From positions 53,551-117,550 of the forward strand of contig DATJRP010000067.1 of NCBI GenBank assembly GCA_035504555.1: a stretch of DNA of 64,000 nt, given 5' to 3'. Under the pieces are notes generated by a model, which saw only the letters and a program-made list of their open reading frames with translations, was not told the DNA's origin and made no database searches. Each line of letters starts with the position of its first letter. The stretch's first letter is position 1. The DNA is from Rhizomicrobium sp. Lineage in GTDB: Bacteria; Pseudomonadota; Alphaproteobacteria; Micropepsales; Micropepsaceae. Position numbers and translations under genes: made by a program. Shown here in pieces: positions 50,506-59,067 of the stretch.

Positions 50506-50577
50506 GCGTCAAATCGGACCGGCCGCTGCCTTCGCACAGCCATGCGGGAATTGCCCGGCGAGGCTTGAGGCCGCACC

Positions 50578-50958
50578 TTAATTGCGCCTGTTCCGCTTTG
50601 ATTTGGTTCGCGCGCGCTTGCGGGTTGTTGTCGGCGAGGCGGATGCAACGCCGTAGGCCGCCCGCGCCCATGCGGCCAGTTCGTCGGGATCGTCGTAGAG
50701 GCGGTCCGGCAGCGCGAACCAGCCGGTGACGACGGTTTCGCCGGTGCTGCGCTTCTTGAAGGTGAACGGTTTGGCACGCTCGGCGAGGAACGCCTTGCGC
50801 GTCTCCTCGTCCGTCTTGAAGTAGATCGTGTCGGAGAAAATCATCCCGATCATGATGTCGCCGGAATAGATCCCCTCGCCGCCGAAGAAGCGCTTGAGCA
50901 CGACCGGACCGAACTCCCGAAAGAGATCGTCGAAGCGGCGCGGATCGGATTTGGCCAT
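50578..50958 (-). CDS. TfoX/Sxy N-terminal-domain protein with basic tail
   Basis: 126 aa from the ATG at 50958 (GGGGGGAA upstream). 'VLKRFFGGEGIYSGDIMIGMIFSDTIYFKTDE' fits the TfoX_N fold. The C-terminus is 'RKRARTKSKRNRRN'. Confidence 0.7.
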   Translation of the reverse strand: MAKSDPRRFDDLFREFGPVVLKRFFGGEGIYSGDIMIGMIFSDTIYFKTDEETRKAFLAERAKPFTFKKRSTGETVVTGWFALPDRLYDDPDELAAWARAAYGVASASPTTTRKRARTKSKRNRRN

Positions 50959-51134
50959 GTTCCCCCCGGTGCAATTCGCCCGCAAATACCGGCTCTTAGG
51001 CTGCGCGGTTGCATGCATCGCCGACCGCACGCGGCCAGGCCGCAAACAATTGAAGTCAATTCCACCGGCCGGATTTATCGGATGCTTATGGCTTGCGTCC
51101 CTATCGTTGATCCCGTTCGGGATAGGAGCGTAGC

Positions 51135-51371
51135 ATGAGGAGGATATTGTTACAGTTTGTCGTTATCGGCGCGCTTGCGATAAGCAGTCCGGGCGCGGCG
51201 ATCGATCACTCCGCGGGCACGGACACAGCAAATCCAGTCCCGATTGCCTCAGATGCAGGCAAGCCCCACGTGATGCGGATCGCAGACGTGGATGACCAGC
51301 TTTCGCACGAGGAGCATGCGGTGATCGCGTTTCTGAGCCTCAAGGCCGAGGCCGAGCGCAACAGGCACTAG
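51135..51371 (+). CDS. small hypothetical secreted protein
   Basis: 78 aa with AGGAG 6 nt upstream of the ATG and a plausible signal peptide 'MRRILLQFVVIGALAISSPGAA'. No family recognised. Confidence 0.4.
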   Translation: MRRILLQFVVIGALAISSPGAAIDHSAGTDTANPVPIASDAGKPHVMRIADVDDQLSHEEHAVIAFLSLKAEAERNRH

Positions 51372-51409
51372 GTTCCCGCCGCGCCGGCACATTTGCGGGC
51401 CACGACGGA

Positions 51410-52090
51410 TTGGGGCTAAAGCGTGGGCACATGATCGTGCCCGACCAGTTCGTCCGCGCCAATACCGTGCTCACGGCGTCTTCGCTGGTCCCCGAGATTC
51501 GCCTGCATCTGGCGACGGAGATCCTTCCGCTCTGGAACAAGACGGAAGACCAGATCGAAAAGAACGGCCTGGCGCCGCCTTACTGGGCCTTCGCGTGGGC
51601 CGGCGGACAGGCGCTGGCGCGCCACGTGCTCGATCATCCGGAAACCGTGCGCGGCCGGCGCGTGCTCGATTTCGGATCGGGATCCGGGCTCATTGCGATC
51701 GCCGCCGCGAAAGCCGGAGCGTCGTCCGTCCTGGCCGTAGACATCGACGCATTCGCGGTGGCCGCCATCGGGCTCAATGCGCGCGCAAACGACGTCGAGA
51801 TCGACGTTCGGCAGAAAGATATCCTCGAGCACAATTGCGTCTGGGACACCGTCCTGGTCGGTGATATGTGCTACGAGCGCCCGCTCGCCGAACGGCTGTT
51901 GGCGTGGCTCACCAAAGCCTCCGGACAAGGCGCGCTGGTGCTGCTCGGCGATCCGGGCCGCAACTATTTCCCGAAATCAGGCGTCGAAAAGCTCGCGGGC
52001 TATCAGGTCGAGACCTCGCGCGACCTGGAAGACCGCGACGTGCGCGCCACGGCCGTCTATCGCCTGATCGCGGGCGCCGGTCCCACGTAA
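51410..52090 (+). CDS. class I SAM-dependent protein-lysine methyltransferase, METTL20/ETF-beta-KMT-like
   Basis: 'PYWAFAWAGGQALARHVLD' and SAM motif I 'VLDFGSGSGLIAIAAAKAG' resemble the METTL20 family, which has Agrobacterium homologues. An alternative start is at 51431. Confidence 0.65.
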   Translation: MGLKRGHMIVPDQFVRANTVLTASSLVPEIRLHLATEILPLWNKTEDQIEKNGLAPPYWAFAWAGGQALARHVLDHPETVRGRRVLDFGSGSGLIAIAAAKAGASSVLAVDIDAFAVAAIGLNARANDVEIDVRQKDILEHNCVWDTVLVGDMCYERPLAERLLAWLTKASGQGALVLLGDPGRNYFPKSGVEKLAGYQVETSRDLEDRDVRATAVYRLIAGAGPT

Positions 52091-53265
52091 CGCGCGCGCG
52101 GGCGGATAAGCTTCCGGCTTTCCAGCTGCTCGCTCGCATGCGCGATCCATCCCGCCGTGCGCGCCATGGCGAAGATCGTCGTCTCGCATCCGCGCGGCAT
52201 GTTGAGCGCATGTCGCATGACGGCGAGCGCGTAATCGCAATTCGGGAACTGCCCGGTCGCTTCGCGGATGCGGTCGGGGATTTCCACCGTGAGGTGCTTG
52301 TCGATGCCCGTCTTCACCAGCGCCGCGAACAGGGAAATCGCGCGCGGATCGCCGTCGCGATAGACCATGTGGCCGAAGCCCGGGAACCGTTCGCCCAAGG
52401 CCACGCGCTCGCGAATGATAGCAGCTGCATCGCCTGCCAGAAGCGTCTCCAAGAGGCGCGAGGCTTGCGGACCCACGCCACCATGGCGCGGACCCTTGAG
52501 CGCGGCGAGGCCCGCGATCATCGCGTCGTAGAGCGAAATGCCCGTCGACGATGCGCAGCGCACCGTGAACGTCGACGCGTTCAATTCGTGATCGGCGAGC
52601 AGCACCAGCACGCGACGGATGAGATCGCTGGCGCGCGCATGACCGAGCGCCCAGGCCTGCACGATCTGCTCGTGAACGGGCGCGCTTTTCGGCGGAGTCT
52701 GCAGCATCGCGGCGACGACCAGCCGCAGGATTTTTGCGCCCGTGACGGCGCGGCCTTCTGGTGTCGCGTTGAACGCAGCGGGATCGGCGTCCGTCGCCAA
52801 CGCGAGAACGGCAATCGCACGGTCGATGGGCGCTGCGCGCTCCGTCGCAGCGAGGACCTTCTGCATCGCCGGTGAGATGTGCGGCAGGTTGCCCTTCGCG
52901 AACGGATCGGACGTGCGCGCATCCCACAGAAGCGTCGCGGCCTGCTCGAAGGTCGCCGTTTCGGACAGCGTCGTGGCCAGCACCCCGCGATAGACGGGAC
53001 CGTCTTCCGTGATCGTCGAGACGGAGGAGTCCAGCACCGGCAGGTCGGCGGCCTTGAGCCCCTGCCCTTCGACCAGCGGCGCGCGCCGGTTCTTGAGACT
53101 GCGCACATCCTCCGCGCGATAGCGCCGGCCCCGCGCGCCCTCCTCGGTCGGTTCGGAGCGGATCAGTCCGCGGCTCACATAGGCGTAGAGCGTGGCCGGC
53201 GAGATCGCGAGTTCGGCCGCGGCTTCCCCGGCGCTGAGGTAGAGGGTTTCTGGAGAATTATTCAT
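52057..53265 (-). CDS. citrate synthase family protein with N-terminal excisionase/MerR-type HTH domain
   Basis: 402 aa from the ATG at 53265. N-terminal HTH 'LSAGEAAAELAISPATLYAYVSRGLIRSEP', then citrate-synthase motifs 'LLADHELNASTF', 'GPRHGG', 'GFGHMVYRDGDPR' and 'ARTAGWIAH'. Confidence 0.8.
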   Translation of the reverse strand: MNNSPETLYLSAGEAAAELAISPATLYAYVSRGLIRSEPTEEGARGRRYRAEDVRSLKNRRAPLVEGQGLKAADLPVLDSSVSTITEDGPVYRGVLATTLSETATFEQAATLLWDARTSDPFAKGNLPHISPAMQKVLAATERAAPIDRAIAVLALATDADPAAFNATPEGRAVTGAKILRLVVAAMLQTPPKSAPVHEQIVQAWALGHARASDLIRRVLVLLADHELNASTFTVRCASSTGISLYDAMIAGLAALKGPRHGGVGPQASRLLETLLAGDAAAIIRERVALGERFPGFGHMVYRDGDPRAISLFAALVKTGIDKHLTVEIPDRIREATGQFPNCDYALAVMRHALNMPRGCETTIFAMARTAGWIAHASEQLESRKLIRPRARYVGPAPAIRR

Positions 53266-53305
53266 GTTGATCAGCCTAATCAAGCTTGATCAATATTGGA
53301 AGAGT

Positions 53306-53338
53306 CTCGATCTTTGTGCAGTGCAACAGGAGATCGAG
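53306..53338. promoter_or_regulatory. 8-bp perfect inverted repeat CTCGATCT ... AGATCGAG bracketing TGTGCAGTGCAACA
   Basis: Lies in the 74-bp divergent region. The right arm overlaps the GGAG Shine-Dalgarno of the gene starting at 53340. The inner motif is shared with the phasin promoter. Confidence 0.45.
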
Positions 53339-53339
53339 G

Positions 53340-54434
53340 ATGACCATTCAACCCCGCAAGACCCCCATCGGCCTAGACGGCGTGCCGGCCGCCGAAACCG
53401 TGCTCAGCCACGTCGACGGCGAGAAGGGCGAGCTCATCATCGCCGGCAAGTTCGTGGGCGCCCTGGCCGCCCAGACGAGCTTTGAGGGCGTCACCGCCCA
53501 GCTCTGGTCGCTGGGGACAGCCACTTCGATCTCAGAGGCCGAAACCCGCCGGGCCCTGGCCGAGGCGCGGATGCGGGCTTTCGAGCGCCTGCCGCATTGG
53601 CTGAGCGCGGCAGACGGGCTGTCCGTGGTCGACGGCTTCCGCGTGGGCGTCGCAGCGCTCCGGGCGGAGCACGGCCTCACCCCCGATGCCGTGATCGTCG
53701 GCGCCATGCCGGTCATCGCCGCCGCGCTCGTCCGCCGCCGCAGAGGCAAGGCTCCCATAGCGCCCGACGCCGAAAACGGCCACGCCTTTGACACGCTGCG
53801 CATGCTGCGCGGTGTCGATCCGTCCCGCGCGGAAGCCGCGGCCCTCGACGCCTATCTCGTCACCGTCAGCGATCACGGCATGAACGCATCGACGTTTGCG
53901 ACGCGCGTCGTCGCCTCGACCGCGGCCGACCTTTTTGCATCGGTGACGGCCGGCTATTGCGCGCTGACGGGACCGCTGCACGGCGGCGCACCCGAACCCG
54001 TGCTCGAAATGCTCGATGCCATCGGCACGCCCGACCGCATCAAGCCGTGGATCGAATCCGCCCTCGACCGCGGCGAACGGCTGATGGGCTTCGGTCATCG
54101 CATCTACCGGGTGCGCGATCCCCGCGCCGACGTGCTCAAGCGCGTCGTGGAAAAGCTGGGTTCGAACATGACCGATCTCGGGTTCGCGGCCGAAGTGGAA
54201 GCCTATGCACGTGCCGCGCTGAAGGCGCGCAAGCCCGACAGGCCGCTCGACACGAATGTGGAGTTCTTTACGGCGATCCTGCTCGACGCGCTTTCGATTC
54301 CCCGCCAGGCCTTCACACCCATCTTCGCGACCGCTCGCTCGGCCGGCTGGACGGCGCATGCACGCGAGCAGCAGCGCACCGGACGGCTGTTGCGGCCCAA
54401 CTCGCTCTACGCGGGCGAAAGGCCCGAGGCCTGA
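53340..54434 (+). CDS. citrate synthase / methylcitrate synthase-like protein (short form)
   Basis: 364 aa from the ATG at 53340 (GGAG upstream). Motifs 'VSDHGMNASTF', 'GPLHGGA', 'GFGHRIYRVRDPR' and 'ARSAGWTAH'. It has 'NVEFF' where canonical enzymes have 'NVDF'. Confidence 0.85.
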   Translation: MTIQPRKTPIGLDGVPAAETVLSHVDGEKGELIIAGKFVGALAAQTSFEGVTAQLWSLGTATSISEAETRRALAEARMRAFERLPHWLSAADGLSVVDGFRVGVAALRAEHGLTPDAVIVGAMPVIAAALVRRRRGKAPIAPDAENGHAFDTLRMLRGVDPSRAEAAALDAYLVTVSDHGMNASTFATRVVASTAADLFASVTAGYCALTGPLHGGAPEPVLEMLDAIGTPDRIKPWIESALDRGERLMGFGHRIYRVRDPRADVLKRVVEKLGSNMTDLGFAAEVEAYARAALKARKPDRPLDTNVEFFTAILLDALSIPRQAFTPIFATARSAGWTAHAREQQRTGRLLRPNSLYAGERPEA

Positions 54435-54615
54435 ATTGTATGCGCGCCATTAAGCGGCTCTGAACCATCGCGCGATCGTGCAATTAAATTGCGGGGTTAT
54501 GCCGATCATTTCGGACGGAGGACCAAAGATAGTCACGCGCTATTGATTGCGCCTTAGGCGCTCTTCTGCAGTATCGTCAATCCCGTATTCGAAGCCATTT
54601 GCAGAGGTGGACGAC

Positions 54616-55266
54616 ATGATGAAGCGCAGCGTTCTCGGTTCGATTGCGGTTCTGGGGGGCATTGTTGTCGTAGGCCCTGCGCTCGCCGATCCGTCCGGCG
54701 ATTGCGCCGCTGTCGCACAGGCGAAATATGAAGAGTGGCGGCAACCGAAACTGTTCATCGAGCGCTCGAAGACGTTTGAAGACGGTCACACGACAACGGA
54801 CTCGATGATCGTCACCGAAAACACCGCCTACTATCGCGAGTCGATGAGGTCCTGGACATCCGCCGGCATGACGGTACGGGAGCGCGCGGTCAGCTCGCCT
54901 CAGAAAATCCTGCACGACATGAGGCTCGCCGACTGCACGAAGGGCGCGTCCACAACGAAGGACGGTCAACCGGTGACGGTCTATACGTTCAACTATCTGC
55001 CGGGAGACGACGGCACGATCGCGAGCGGCACGTTGTGGATTTCCGATCAGACCGGCCTTCCGGTGCGCGAAGAGTTTTCGCAGAGCGCGCCGCCGCCGGC
55101 GAACCCGAAAGTCGCCAAGGCGATCTCGGCAACCTATCGCTACAACGACGACGTCGTCGTGCCGCGCGGCGCCGAACTCGCGGACCGGCTGCGACTCAAC
55201 AACAACGCCGCGGTTGTTAGGAACATGCAGAGCGGCGGCAACGGAGTGGCCGGCCCGGAACAATAA
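54616..55266 (+). CDS. hypothetical secreted protein
   Basis: 216 aa from the ATG at 54616 (GAGGTGGA upstream), with the signal peptide 'MMKRSVLGSIAVLGGIVVVGPALA'. No family recognised. Confidence 0.55.
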   Translation: MMKRSVLGSIAVLGGIVVVGPALADPSGDCAAVAQAKYEEWRQPKLFIERSKTFEDGHTTTDSMIVTENTAYYRESMRSWTSAGMTVRERAVSSPQKILHDMRLADCTKGASTTKDGQPVTVYTFNYLPGDDGTIASGTLWISDQTGLPVREEFSQSAPPPANPKVAKAISATYRYNDDVVVPRGAELADRLRLNNNAAVVRNMQSGGNGVAGPEQ

Positions 55267-55293
55267 ATTCATGTTCCCGCCGCATCGCTCCCG

Positions 55294-55569
55294 GTGCGGC
55301 GGCCGAGGAATTTTCTGGTGGCGACGGGTCTCGGCCGATGCACCACGAGCGCCTCTGTGCAGGAATCCGGCCGGGCCGTGACGATGTATGCATTCGATTA
55401 TCTGCCCGACGCCAAAGGTTTCGTCGCACACGGCAAGATGTGGATACCGGATTCCACCGGCCTGCCCTTGCGCGAAGAAATGCAGAATCCCGTGCGGCGC
55501 CTCTTCAACACCATGATGTCCGTCCGCGGCATGCGGGGCAGCTTCCAGGTCGGGGGCGGCACGCAATGA
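55294..55569 (+). pseudogene. truncated paralogue of the preceding secreted protein (C-terminal half only)
   Basis: 'CTTSASVQESGRAVTMYAFDYLPDAKGFVAHGKMWIPDSTGLPLREE' aligns by eye with 'CTKGASTTKDGQPVTVYTFNYLPGDDGTIASGTLWISDQTGLPVREE' of 54616..55266. It has no signal peptide or N-terminal half, and only a GTG start. Confidence 0.4.
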
Positions 55570-55635
55570 CGATCCTGCAGGGCTTGACGGGCCGCTCCGC
55601 TCCGTGGTTGATTGGAACAAAAGAGGAACGATGCC

Positions 55636-55980
55636 ATGCCCAAAGACGGCGCTCTGGATTATATCGAGCTTCCTGCAACCGACATTCCCGCCACCAAGCG
55701 GTTCTACGGGACCGTCTTCGGCTGGAGCTTCATAGACTACGGCCCGGACTATGTGGCGTTCCAGGTCGACGGGCGCGACGGCGGCTTCAATGCGGGCCGC
55801 AAGCCCGTGCCAGACAATGGACCGCTCGTCGTCCTTTACGCCAACGATCTCGACACCATGGAAGCAAAGGTTAAAGCGGCAGACGCGCCGATCATCTCGC
55901 GCGAAAGCTTCGAAGGCGGACGGCGTTTCCACTTCCGCGATCCGAACGGCAACGAGATTGCCGTCTGGACGAAAACCTAG
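55636..55980 (+). CDS. VOC (glyoxalase/bleomycin-resistance/dioxygenase) family protein
   Basis: 114 aa from the ATG at 55636 (AAGAGGAA upstream). 'LDYIELPATDIPATKRFYGTVFGWSF' and 'GRRFHFRDPNGNEIAVW' are VOC beta-alpha-beta-beta-beta motifs. Confidence 0.8.
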   Translation: MPKDGALDYIELPATDIPATKRFYGTVFGWSFIDYGPDYVAFQVDGRDGGFNAGRKPVPDNGPLVVLYANDLDTMEAKVKAADAPIISRESFEGGRRFHFRDPNGNEIAVWTKT

Positions 55981-56107
55981 AGCGCCGCGCGACGCCGCGC
56001 CAATCAGCCACAAGTTTCAGGCTGTTGGCGGTCGCACGGCTGTCATGCAATGGTGCCCCGTCGAATTCGCGAGCGCGATGACGCGCCGCATCAAGGGGGC
56101 ATCGTTA

Positions 56108-57610
56108 ATGGCAGGCCTGTCGGAGAGTCCTATTGCCGAGATCGAAGACAACGACCTGAAGCGGGCGCTCGGGCCGGTTCACCTGATCGCGCTCGGCATC
56201 GGCGCCATCATCGGCGCCGGCATCTTCGTCATCACGGGCCACGCGGCCGCCAGCTTTGCCGGTCCGGGTGTGGTGATCTCCTTCGCGATCGCCGGCACGG
56301 GCTGTCTCTTTGCCGGCCTCTGCTACGCCGAATACGCCGCGATGATCCCCGTGGCGGGCAGCGCCTACACCTACACCTACGCCACGCTCGGCCGCTTCAT
56401 GGCGTGGTTCATCGGCTGGAACCTCATCCTCGAATATCTCGCCGCCTCGTCGACGGTGGCCGTCGGCTGGTCCGGTTATTTCAACGACTTCATGAGTTCG
56501 TTCGGCTTGCCCGTGTCCAAGGCCTTCGCCTCGGCACCCCTGTGCGTCGCCACCGATGTCCACTGCCCGATCTACGACGCGCATGCGACGGCGATCGATG
56601 CGATCCATCACCTCGGCATGACCGGGACCTATTTCAATCTGCCGGCAGTAGCGCTGATTGCACTCGTCACGACCGTGCTCATCGTCGGCGTGCACCTCTC
56701 CGCCAATTTCAACAACGCGATGGTTGCGATCAAACTCTGCATCGTCGTGCTGGTGATCGCGGCCGGCCTGCCGCATGTGGTGGCCGCAAATCAGACGCCG
56801 TTCATCCCGGCCAACAGCGGCAGCTGGGGACATTTCGGCTGGAGCGGCATCCTGCGCGCGACCGGCGTGATTTTCTTCGCCTATATCGGCTTCGATGCGG
56901 TCAGCGTGGCAGCGCAGGAAGCGCGCAATCCGCAGCGCGACATCCCCATCGGCATTCTGGGTTCGCTCCTGATCTGCACCGTCCTTTACATGCTGATGTC
57001 CTATGTGCTGACGGGGCTCGCCTCCTACACGACGCTCAACGTCGCCCATCCCGTTTCGATGGCGGTGGAAGCCTTGCCCAGCACGAACTGGCTCGCGCCG
57101 ATCGTCAATGTCGGCGCCATCGTGGGCCTTGCCTCCGTCGTGCTCGTCCTCATCCTCGGCCAGTCGCGCATCTTCTACGCCATGGGCAAGGACGGCATGA
57201 TCCCGCCGCTCTTCTGCGACGTGCATCCCAAATTCCGCACACCCTGGAAAGGCACGCTGATCACGGGCTTCTTCGCGGCGCTGCTCGCCGGCGCCCTGCC
57301 GCTCGACATCCTGGGCGAACTCGTCTCGATCGGCACGCTGCTCGCCTTCGTGATCGTTTGCCTCGGCGTGATGGTCCTGCGCGTGACGCGCCCCAAGGTC
57401 GCCCGGCCCTTCCGCACGCCGCTCGTGTGGCTGGTGGCGCCCCTCGGCATGATCATGTGCAGCGCGATGATGTATTGGCTGCCCATGGACACCTGGCTCC
57501 GGCTCGCGGTGTGGACGGTCATCGGCGTGATCATCTTCGTCGTCTACAGCGCACGTCACGCGATGCCGCCCCGGTGGAAGCTCGAAGACGCGCCGGCGGC
57601 CGCTGAATAG
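56108..57610 (+). CDS. APC-superfamily amino acid permease (cationic amino acid transporter-like)
   Basis: 500 aa with about 12-14 TM helices. 'LIALGIGAIIGAGIFVITG' is the APC signature. AAGGGGG upstream; an alternative ATG is at 56078. Confidence 0.9.
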   Translation: MAGLSESPIAEIEDNDLKRALGPVHLIALGIGAIIGAGIFVITGHAAASFAGPGVVISFAIAGTGCLFAGLCYAEYAAMIPVAGSAYTYTYATLGRFMAWFIGWNLILEYLAASSTVAVGWSGYFNDFMSSFGLPVSKAFASAPLCVATDVHCPIYDAHATAIDAIHHLGMTGTYFNLPAVALIALVTTVLIVGVHLSANFNNAMVAIKLCIVVLVIAAGLPHVVAANQTPFIPANSGSWGHFGWSGILRATGVIFFAYIGFDAVSVAAQEARNPQRDIPIGILGSLLICTVLYMLMSYVLTGLASYTTLNVAHPVSMAVEALPSTNWLAPIVNVGAIVGLASVVLVLILGQSRIFYAMGKDGMIPPLFCDVHPKFRTPWKGTLITGFFAALLAGALPLDILGELVSIGTLLAFVIVCLGVMVLRVTRPKVARPFRTPLVWLVAPLGMIMCSAMMYWLPMDTWLRLAVWTVIGVIIFVVYSARHAMPPRWKLEDAPAAAE

Positions 57611-57615
57611 CCCCC

Positions 57616-59067
57616 ATGACCGACGATACGTTTCTCACGCAGCCCAATTCCGTCATCGCGGAAGAACATCAACTCCACCGCGCGTTGGGTCCGGTCAGCC
57701 TTGTCATGATCGGCATCGGCTCGATCATCGGCGCAGGCATCTTCGTCATCGCGGGAACGGCGGCAGCCGAGCATGCGGGGCCGGCGGTCATCCTGTCCTT
57801 CGTCATTGCCGGCTTCGGCTGTCTGTTCGCAGGTCTCTGCTACGCCGAATTCGCCTCGATGATCCCGGAATCCGGTAGCGCCTACACCTATGCCTACGCG
57901 ACGATGGGACGCTTCATGGCGTGGTTCATCGGCTGGAACATGGTGCTGGAATATCTCATCTCGGCGTCCGCGGTTTCGGTCGGCTGGTCGGGCTATTTCG
58001 TGAGCTTCCTGCAGGAGTTCGGCTTCAGCTTTCCCGCCGCTTTCACCAACGCCCCGGTCGCCGGAAACGGCTTTCACGATCTTCATCTCACCGGCGCCAT
58101 CGTCAATCTGCCCGCGACGTTGCTGATCGTGTTTCTCACCGCGTTTCTCGTGGTGGGCGTAAGCGAGTCGGCGCGCTTCAACGCCCTGATGGTGATGGTC
58201 AAGACGGGCATCGTCGTTCTCGTGATCCTGTTCGGCGCGCCCTACATTCACCTCTCCAATCTTCATCCCTTCATCCCGCCGAACCAGGGCACGTTCGGCA
58301 AGTTCGGCGCCACGGGTATCATGGCGGCATCGGGCATGATCTTCTTCGCCTATATCGGCTTCGAAGCCGTGTCGGTCGCAGCCCAGGAAGCGAAAAACCC
58401 GAGACGCGATCTGCCCATCGGCATATTGGGTTCGCTGGCCATCTGCACCGTCCTCTACATGGGCATGGCGCTCGTCCTCCTCGGCATCACGAATTGGCGC
58501 ACGCTCGACGTGCCCAATCCCGTCTCGTTCGCCGTGTCCAAGATCGGGGCGCTGTCGTGGCTCGTCATGCCCATCAACATCGGCGCGATGGTGGGGCTCG
58601 CATCGGTCGTCTTCGTCGGTCTCTACGGCCAGTCGCGCGTGTTCTATTCGATGGCGCGCGACGGATTCCTGCCGCCCGCTTTCTCGGCCGTGCACAAGCG
58701 TTTCAAGACGCCCCATCGCGGCACGATCATCACCGGCTTTTTTGCGGCGTTGCTTGCAGCGGCGTTCCCGCTCGACATCCTGGCCGACCTGGTTTCGATC
58801 GGAACGCTGCTCGCCTTCGTCGCGGTCTGCGGCGGGATCATGATCCTGCGGCGCACGACGCCCAAGGCAAAGCGGCCGTTCCGCACGCCCTTAGTGTGGT
58901 TCACGGCGCCGGCGGGCATCGCCATCTGCGGGCTCATGATGTTCAGCCTCGCCGACGGAACCTGGGTGCGGCTCGTCGCCTGGACCGCCATCGGCATCGC
59001 GATCTATTTCACCTACGGCGTCTGGCACGCAGCACCGTCGAAGTGGAAAGTGGCGAACGAGGGCTGA
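57616..59067 (+). CDS. APC-superfamily amino acid permease, tandem paralogue
   Basis: 483 aa, starting 5 nt after the previous stop. Long stretches are near-identical to the upstream permease ('GSAYTYAYATMGRFMAWFIGWN'). Confidence 0.9.
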   Translation: MTDDTFLTQPNSVIAEEHQLHRALGPVSLVMIGIGSIIGAGIFVIAGTAAAEHAGPAVILSFVIAGFGCLFAGLCYAEFASMIPESGSAYTYAYATMGRFMAWFIGWNMVLEYLISASAVSVGWSGYFVSFLQEFGFSFPAAFTNAPVAGNGFHDLHLTGAIVNLPATLLIVFLTAFLVVGVSESARFNALMVMVKTGIVVLVILFGAPYIHLSNLHPFIPPNQGTFGKFGATGIMAASGMIFFAYIGFEAVSVAAQEAKNPRRDLPIGILGSLAICTVLYMGMALVLLGITNWRTLDVPNPVSFAVSKIGALSWLVMPINIGAMVGLASVVFVGLYGQSRVFYSMARDGFLPPAFSAVHKRFKTPHRGTIITGFFAALLAAAFPLDILADLVSIGTLLAFVAVCGGIMILRRTTPKAKRPFRTPLVWFTAPAGIAICGLMMFSLADGTWVRLVAWTAIGIAIYFTYGVWHAAPSKWKVANEG

